Positions 11,801-20,800 of a stretch of 64,000 bases of DNA are shown piece by piece. The notes under the pieces are model-generated. The model saw nothing but the letters and a program-made list of their open reading frames with translations, was not told the DNA's origin and searched no databases. A program made the position numbers and the translations under genes. Every line of letters starts with the position of its first letter. Within the stretch, counting starts at the first letter, position 1. This DNA is from Callorhinchus milii (taxonomy: Eukaryota), in assembly GCF_018977255.1 (NCBI RefSeq), contig NW_024704758.1:5704001-5768000 (forward strand), read 5' to 3'.

Positions 11801-14800
11801 GTACACTGTCTTTTGGGCAAATAAATAATTTAAAGTTCTACATTTTATCCCAACTGAATACAAGAGAAAGGAAGAGAGAAAGTGAGGGAAGAGGGACAGA
11901 GTGAGAGATGCACCACACACAGGGAGAGAGAGATAGAGGCACAGCACAGACTGCAGTGGCATCCGAGTGTAAGGAAAGAGTTTAACTGAAAGTCACATGT
12001 GGGGAAACTGACTTGAGCGGTACCAACTGCACCAGGCTGACACATAAACACAGCACCCAGTGAAACTGAAACAAAAATGAGTCCTGTATCATTTACATTC
12101 TGTTATATTGTTACTCTGAGAGTCTTTCGCCCACAAACATGTACAGTCAATTCACTTTACAGTACATTCTGTGAAGCGCTTTGAGACAATAATAATCCTT
12201 GCATTTGATATAGCGCCTTATCATGTCTTTGAGAGGTCTCAATGCCCTTCACAGAATATACTGCAAAGCAAATCGACTCTACTTTTTGTTGACAAAAATC
12301 GGCAGCTAATTGCGCACAGCAGTGACCCACAACAGTCGTGGTTTGAGTGACCAAATTATTATTGGGTTTTTTTCAGAAAGTATTATCCCCAGAAAAGCGA
12401 TCCGCCAATCGACTAACAAATAGGTTCCTGCTTATTGCAAGGTAAACAGAGGCTTGTGGAGTAAGGAAACCTGCTCAACATTTCAGCCAGGTCTCTCGCT
12501 TGAGTGGCAAGCGAACTAACCACTGAGCTACAGCACTTGGAGATGTCTCAACGATGTGATAAGGCGCAATATCAAAATGCAAGGATTATTATTATTATTT
12601 ATATCCTCTGCACGGTGTGCATAAAGGCTGTTACTTTCCAGCTGCAAAGATCTGATCTGCCCGATATCGTGAAGGTTAGAGATGTCCACAGTGCTGATCA
12701 GGAGATGAGCTTTGCTCATTTCATCTATTAATTACCATGTCTCAGCCCAGACAATCAATGTGGGCAGATGATTCACACACGGAGACCAAATGGAGGAGCA
12801 CAGCTACTGCCCCACCTCAGCTCAGTGCACCTGGGGGGAGGGGGGAAGCGTTGGTGGGCGGAGTCTCCTCTGAGATGAGCTGGCTACAAGATGCTAATAA
12901 TCTTTATAATCCTTGCAACTGATAAAACACCTTACCACATCATCCAGATGTCTCACAGTGCTTCAAAGGATTTTAAAGTGAAGTACAAAGACTGTGTATT
13001 TGAAGGAAGAATGTGTCAGCCAATTTGCACACAGCAGTGTTCCACAAACAGCCGTGAAGTAAGTGATGCATTTTATTTGGGGGATTGTTGGCCAGGACAT
13101 GGGGACAAACTCCCTTCTCTTTTTGAACAGCTTGAGAACGGAATATTGGAATCCAGTCAATCTTCTGGAACAGTCTTGGAAGTTAAGTTCCCGATCCAAG
13201 TGGCTTCACAACAATCCAGAGCACTGCTGATTATAAACCAGCAGCCTGGCTCGTCGACAGGCCTCAGACAGGAAGACCAGTGACTGGAATCAGGGATTCT
13301 ACCCACTCAGATCTTGGTAATCCTGAAAGCCAAAGCCTTAACAAGTAGTGCAGTCCTACCTGGAAACAGCAAGCTATGTGCGTTTCCCTTGTTAAGCTCC
13401 AGCAGTATCCCAGCGCACACTCAATGGTCCCCAAGCCTTGCGTCTTGCCAACCTGCACCAAATACTCTCTGGTATTAGGTAAGTAGGCTGCATAACCACT
13501 GTGAGCGTTCCATTCTAAACACGGTGAAGTTTCCATATGTAAACTATCTGGTTTGGATACCCTGAAGCACGGTGACGGGTTTTCTCAAATGCCAGACACC
13601 CGGCTGTCCAAAATAAACAGATCAGTGACCAGAGCTGCACATAGCCAGCGACTTTCTGACCAGAGAGGCTCAGGGCTTCACTGAATGGGGACCTCAGTCG
13701 CTGGATCATCGGGAAGGAAACTGTTACTTTATCCTAAATATTGTCACAGAGCACATGGTGCAGAGAGGACACAATACTGATGGCTGAACCTACCTCCAGC
13801 AATGTTTATTCCGAAATGCTCAGTGAAAGGCACTGGCAATGCCTCATGATTAACCTGAACAATTAAAACAGCTCCATCATCCGTGGCCTCATGAGGAGTC
13901 ATAACGATTCTGTAATTTACTCTGAAGGTTCCGTCTTTGGTGTCAGGTTCACATTTGGGCACCTCAGCAGTGATGGCGGCATCTTTATTGTTTCTATCTG
14001 ATTTGTCTTCAAGATGAAAGGATTTTGTTGAACTTCGAAATGCTTTCTTATTTGGAATTTCCCAGTGAAACAGTTGTCTTAGTGGCTGTTCTTTCCTCTG
14101 TAGACTGGAAACAATCGATATCGTCCCAGGAGTGAACCCAGTCACTGCACATTGCAGCTCAGCTCTCTCACCATGTGTCATTTTCCTGGGTTTCGGAATT
14201 GTAATTTTAGGAGGAACTACAAAACAAAATGACAAACCCGATGTAAACATTCAAATCTATTTCTGTGTCAAACACAAACTGGAAACCAAATCCACAGAAA
14301 CCAGTGAAAAGCCTGGACGTCATGGCAGAGGGCCCCAGGCTGGAGCTTTAGAATGATGTTAAACTCCATCATAAGCGCACAGCCCGTCTGAGCCTCCAGT
14401 AACCTGCAAGAGCTGCTCCCGCACAGGGTGCACTGTCCTTTCGACAAATAAATAATTTAAAGTTCTCCATTTTATCCCAACTGAATACAAGAGAAAGGAA
14501 GAGAGAAAGTGAGGGAAGAGGGACATAGAGTGATGCAAAACACAGGGAGTGAAAGATTGAGGCCCAGTACAGACTGCAGTGGCATCCTAGTGTAAGGAAA
14601 GAGTTTAACTGAAAGTTATGTGTGAGGAAAACGACTTTCAGGAGACATGAGCTAATTTATCTCACAGATGTTGATTTTCTTCACTCCCTGACCTTAAAAA
14701 GCTGACTTATCTTCAATGACCCTCCTCTTTGACCATGTTTTGAATCACCTTGCTTCTCCCGCCTGCCCTCTACCCTCCCCAATCCTGACCCCCAGCTCAG

Positions 14801-17800
14801 GTCCGAAACACTGACTGTCCAGCGCCTTGGGAAGTCCTCCCGACGTGAAAGGCGCTATGCAAATATAATTATGTTGTTGTTGTTATCACACAGATACTGT
14901 TTCTTGATACATCTACAGCCTATGAGCAAGATCAAGTGAACTTAAGGCATGGTTGTTTGTAACTTCTGCAATGTGCACTGGACCTGGGAACATGCTGTGA
15001 TTTGGCACGTTTGGGGTTAAAGTTGAGTCATTGCAGAAACATGCTGTGTATAAGTATGAGCTGCTAACACAAGAGTCACAGAGAGAGCGAGCGAGCGATG
15101 AAGGAAAAGAAACTGAGAAGAGACTGCCTGAGCTCTCCCAGGGAAAGGGTAACTGATCACTGCTACTTCTCCTGAATTAGTTACTGCCTTATCTAGAAAC
15201 TTAGATACTGTCTAGTATGTGTATAACCACTGACTTAAGAACTTCTGTAATAATTTTATCCCAACTGAATACAAGAGAAAGGAAGAGAGAAAGTGGCAAA
15301 GTAAGAGAGAGAGAGAGAGAGATGCACACACAGAGGGAGAGAGAGGTAGAGGACAAAACATTGGGAGAAATTCCCTTCTCTTTTAATGCTTTGGGAATTT
15401 TAACATTTAGCTGAACACCAAGACGGGATCATGGTTTAACATCTCAACTGAAAGACTCCAGCATTGTAGGGCTCCCCCAGCTCACACTGCAGCGTCATCC
15501 GAGATTGTAATAAAGGAAATTATTATTTGAAATTGAAACCATTGTCGACAACCAAATTCTTTATAAGATATTATCAACTCATTTCCTTATTACAAATCCC
15601 TACACTAGACTGTAAGTTCAGGTCCTGATGTGAACTCACAACTTTCTGGACAAGAGATAACAGTGCATATATAATAGTTTCAAATATTATATTTTAATAT
15701 TATGTATTTGTCAGAAATCACCAGATTATTTCTAATCTACAAAATAATAAATCCCCTTTGACCATGTGATTGTGGAGCCCTGAATAAAGCCTCCCTTCAC
15801 AAACAGCTTCAACTCTCCCTCTGGAGATTAACTGTTCATTTCAAACTCTCCTCGTTGGTAAAATCATTTGCTTCACCTGAATATTTCTACAGTTATGTGT
15901 GAGGGAGAGAAAGAGGAGACCAGACAGAGCAGCACTTACCCCCTTTAACGTGTAATGTTCCAATTTTAGCTTCCTTCAGAGATCCCTTCAGAGCCTCGTG
16001 TTTAATTTGAACAATCAACTCAGTGCCATCATCCCTGGATACATCAGCACACATGGTAACGTCGCACCTCACACCGAAAGTCCCAGTTGTTCTCTGTGTA
16101 ATCACCGCCATCGAGGGAGTGATGGAGACATCCTGTGTGAGAGAGGTAACTGGAATGCCTACTGGCTTGTTTCCTGCAGGTTGTTCTTTCTCTATCGTCT
16201 GCCAATAAAACAGTTTCTCTGGTGTCCGCTCCCCTCCTCTCTTCAGTAATACAGCAATTACAATGGGCCGTGGATTGAACCCAGACACTGACCAACTCAG
16301 AGTGGAGCAATCACCATGTGTCATGTCAATGGGCAGATGGATATCAGTAATTGTGGGAGGAGCTATAAAACAAACACAAGCAGCAGATAAAGATTAAATC
16401 CAGTTCCAGGACACACCGCACTGCCTCACACACACTTTACAATGTAAACCTGCAGCAACACTTCAGAGTTACACAATATTACAACAATAGCAACTTCCAT
16501 TTGCACAGCAGCCTTCGTGCAGTGTAGTGTCTTGGAGCGTTTTTGAGTGCTTAACAATAGCGTAGTTTGACACTGAGGTGGGGAGAGAGGGAAGGTGATG
16601 GAAGGCAGCGTCAGAGAGTAAAACTCTTCAGGTATGATCTGAAGGGGGATAGAGGGAGGCAATGTGGAGGGTTGAGGTAGGGAGATCCAGAGGTTCAGGG
16701 TATTGTTGCTGAATGCCAGGCTGCCGATGGTTTCATACAGGGGGTCAAGGGAAATGTAGACGACCTGAGCAAATGACGGCAGCGGGTTGAGGAGTGGATG
16801 TGAGCAGGTTGGAGAGGTAGAGAGGCGCTCTGGCAAGAACAACAGGATTACAACAAGATTACATTTGTATGGCGCCTTTCAAGTCGGGAGGACGTCCCAA
16901 GACATCCCAAGGCGTCCCAAGAAGTGATTTGTAGGCAAGTGTGAGGATTTCAAAATAGATTTGTTTAAGTTACTCAAGTCAGATAACGTGTCAGAGTGAT
17001 TTACAGTGATGGGTTCGTACACTGAGCATGGGTACAGGGGGGAGGGGGAAGCGACCATAGGTATGGTCGCCTATGTGACAATACATCACTGTCACAACAA
17101 AAATAACCATTGGTTCACAACTGATTGCAGGATAGAGGGACACATACAGTCACACGCCTGTACTGCAACTCACAGATATAAGTGCCACATAGAGAGAGGA
17201 GACCACACAGAGATAGAACTTACCTGCAACATATAATGTTACACATCCAGTGAGAGGATTCTCCAGAGCCGTATGTTTAACTATAACAATGAATTCAGCA
17301 CCATTATCCCTGGATACATCAGCACACATGGTAGCGCTGCAATTCACACTGAAAGTCCCTGTATCTGTCTGTTTTATCTTTGCCACCTCAGCAGTGAAGG
17401 AGTTAATCAGTGTAATCTCCTTAACACTGGGGGTAATATCTGATGGGATTGTCTGCTTTTCTTTCTCTGGGATCTGCCAATGAAAGAGTTCCTTTGCTTC
17501 CTGATCCACTTTCCTCTTCACCAATACAGCAATTTCAATGGCCTGTGGATTGAAGCCATTAACCTCCCACGTCAGAGCCACCTTGTCACCGTGCACAATA
17601 CCAGTGGGCATCTTGATTTCAGTCATTGTGGGAGGAACTGTAAAACACAAGCAGCAGGTCAACATTATACTGTAATTCTGTAACAAGCCGCACTGTGTCC
17701 AGCTACAGATCATAAAATCAATCCAGGGGCTCACACTGAGGTCTCACATTGAGCCCCTGGATTCCGCTTGGTCTTCAATATCAGGCTGGGCGTCAGGAGC

Positions 17801-20800
17801 CCTTTTAGTTGCTTGCTGAGCTGCCTCCCTGTGTCCAATACCCGTGCCCTCTGCCCGTACCCTCTGCCCGTGCCCTCTGCCCGTGTCCTCTCCTCAGGGC
17901 CCTCTCCCCAGGGCCTCTTCCACTGACTTCCAGTGTGACAGCATGTGACGAGTTCTCAGGCTGCTCTAAACTGACATCTAGGAGCTTCCATGTTACTCCT
18001 GATGACATGATCCAAAGTATAAAAGTGGTATGGACACAAACGGTCTCTCTGTGTTTTTATGTCTCCTCACACTCTCTGTCTGTTTCCCCCCACAATCTAC
18101 TTTCGTCTCTCTCCAAAGCTGAGAGAGAGAGAAAGAATAATACAGAGCGAAAGAGAGAGCAACACACAGTGAGAGTTACAGAGAGAGTTAGGTGGCGTCT
18201 ATATTGCTCGGGGTGAAGGGGAAGTTCTCAGATTCCAATTGAAACACTCACAACCTTCTGACCCAAAGGCGAGTGTTACCAACTGAGTCAATCTGTCACC
18301 TGAACTCACAGGGTTAATGGAGCATAAAATATGTCACGAGGTAACTATCCGAGCTGAGACAGTAACAATGTTCCAGGTGATTTGAAGAAGTGTTGAAGCA
18401 GCATGTCAATACGATCGGGTAAGAGAGAAGAGTAGGATGAGAGGAGATAGCTCGAGTGGAGGAATGAGCAACAGTATAGGTGTAACAAAAACAGAGAGAG
18501 CTGGGAAAACTCAGCAGGTCAGGTAGCATCTATGGAGAAAGGAAAGTGAGTCAACGTTTCGGGTCCATGACTCTTCGTCAGAACGAAACGTTGACTCACT
18601 TTCCTTTCTCCATAGATGCTGCCTGACCTGCTGAGTTTTCCCAGCTCTCTCTGTTTCTGTTTCAGTTTCCAGCATCTGCAGTATTTTGTGTTTTGACCAG
18701 TATAGGTGTGATGGGGTGAAAGGCCCTCTGTGCTGTAATTATAATGATAATGATAATAATTCTTGCATTTGATGTAACGCCTTATCACATTGTTGAGACG
18801 TCTCAAAGCCCTCCACAGAATACACCGTAAAATGTATTGACTATATTTTATGGGCAAAACGCAGCAGCCAATTTCACACAGTAGTCGTGGATTGAGTGAC
18901 CAAATTAGTTTTATTTTTTGTTGTTGGAAGGGATTATTAACCCTGGATTTCTATGATTCTATATATTCCGAATGTTTGAACACCGACATGTAGGTGTTGC
19001 TGGGCGGGGGTGGGGGGATAGAGGTTGCACAATGCAATTCTTACCTTCAACTTCGAATTTACAGATTTTTCGAGAGACGTTTTCAGAGTCTTGTGATGAA
19101 CTTTTACAGTCATTTGAGCTCCGTCGTCCTCAGATACATCAGGACAGAATCCTATCAGACACTTTACACTGAAGGTCCCATTTTCGAGTTGAACACATCG
19201 TGGGGGCTCAGCAGTGAAGGAATTCACCCTCTCACATCCATCTTTTATATCTACGATGGGAACACCTTCTTCAATCTGACATGACACATTTTCATCCTTT
19301 GTGAAGTTCCAGACAAATAACTTCAGTTGTTCTTTTCTTTTTCTCGTCAGTAATACCACAATCTCTATCTCTTTTGGTTTGAATCCAGTAACTTCCCAAC
19401 TCAGATCGGCACGCTGCCCATGTATAAAGCGAGCGGGTTTGTGGATTTCAGTGATCTTGGGAGGAGCTGTGAAACGTACAAAACTTAGAATCAAATATTC
19501 TAATTCTCTAAAGATACCGGCGTAATGATCACCACATTTATAACAAGAATTTGCCCTTATATGCCACCTTGCCAACATTGATACTTTCTCAAAGCACTTT
19601 ACAGGAACTTTACAGTGTCCATCACTGAGCAAAGGGGCAAGAGAAAGCAGGGGAATGGTGACAGTGACCAAAAGCACAATCAAGCAGGTAAGTTTTTAGA
19701 AGGGATTTGGGTAAGCATTCCAGAGAGCGGAGGCCTAGACACAGCCTTTCGCTATGTCATTAGCACAATATCTGTTTCAGTTGATCATTGTGTCGGCTGA
19801 TAGTTCTCTGTTGAGAGAAAATGTGCACAAGAGCATTTAATGTTCAATAATTCACCGCCACATTTGCCATTGTACTTTAGGACTGTGAAGATCCTTACCT
19901 TGATTCCATTTCTTCCAAAAGCCAAATGCCGCTACAGCAAGGAGCACAATCACCAGCAGGCCAACGACACCTCCAATAACAGCTCCAGGCCCATTTCCTG
20001 CAGGTTCCTGTGGTTTCTTAACTACCACAGTCAGCTCTGCCTCCAGTGTAAAATTATCACTGAATGCTCTGTGCTTCACCACACATCTGTACCGATTACC
20101 ATCGTCATCCAGGGTTGGTCTGATATTCAACTTGCTGGAAACACTGAATGTTCTGTCACTGTTGTGAGCTACAATTTGTGTGATGATTCCTGTTGTAATC
20201 TCCGTCTCCACACCACGCGATACCTTGACCCAGCGGATCCCGTGAGTCTTTGGGTAAAATCTATTAACATCACATGTCAAAGCACCTTCCGAACCATTGT
20301 TGATTGTGAAGTGACGTTTAGACAAGGTAACCTTTGGCTTAGCTGTAGAGATCACAAAATTGCCCTCTATTAATATTCTCTTTGAAGCAGCATTTTTATC
20401 TTCTACAAACAACATACACACCACTGACAACTCGTATTTACTCCAGCCTCAGCAACAGGAAGCTGGGAATTCCACCTTGTCTTTAGAAATCCCTGAGTGG
20501 AATCTGGAGGACAATATCATGGAATAATAATATTATAACAATCCTTGCATTTGATAGAGCACCTCACCATGTTATTGAGATGCCTCATAGAATGTTACAG
20601 GCCAGAAACAGGCCAGTCACCCATCAAATCTGCATTGCTGTTTTACTTCCTATCACCATGACCCACCTAATGACACTTTCCAGATCACTCCCTCAATATT
20701 CCTCTTTTTCAGTGCTTGGGTTGCTACCTTGTTCAAGGGGCACTATGTAATTGCAAACTGTTGTTGTTTTTCAAGCACCTAATCCCCCTTTAGAAAGAAT

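Larger units (their letters stand above)
9915..14600. repeat. Tandem duplication of a ~2.63-kb exon-bearing unit
   Basis: 9915-12000 matches 12570-14620. Confidence 0.9.

Noticed and set aside
4870-14600. CRISPR-like or satellite array
   Set aside because: Units are 0.9-2.6 kb exon+intron duplications in a eukaryotic gene, with no repeat-spacer structure
19840-20373. 177-aa plus-strand ORF and similar plus-strand ORFs over Ig exons
   Set aside because: Antisense shadows of the minus-strand exons
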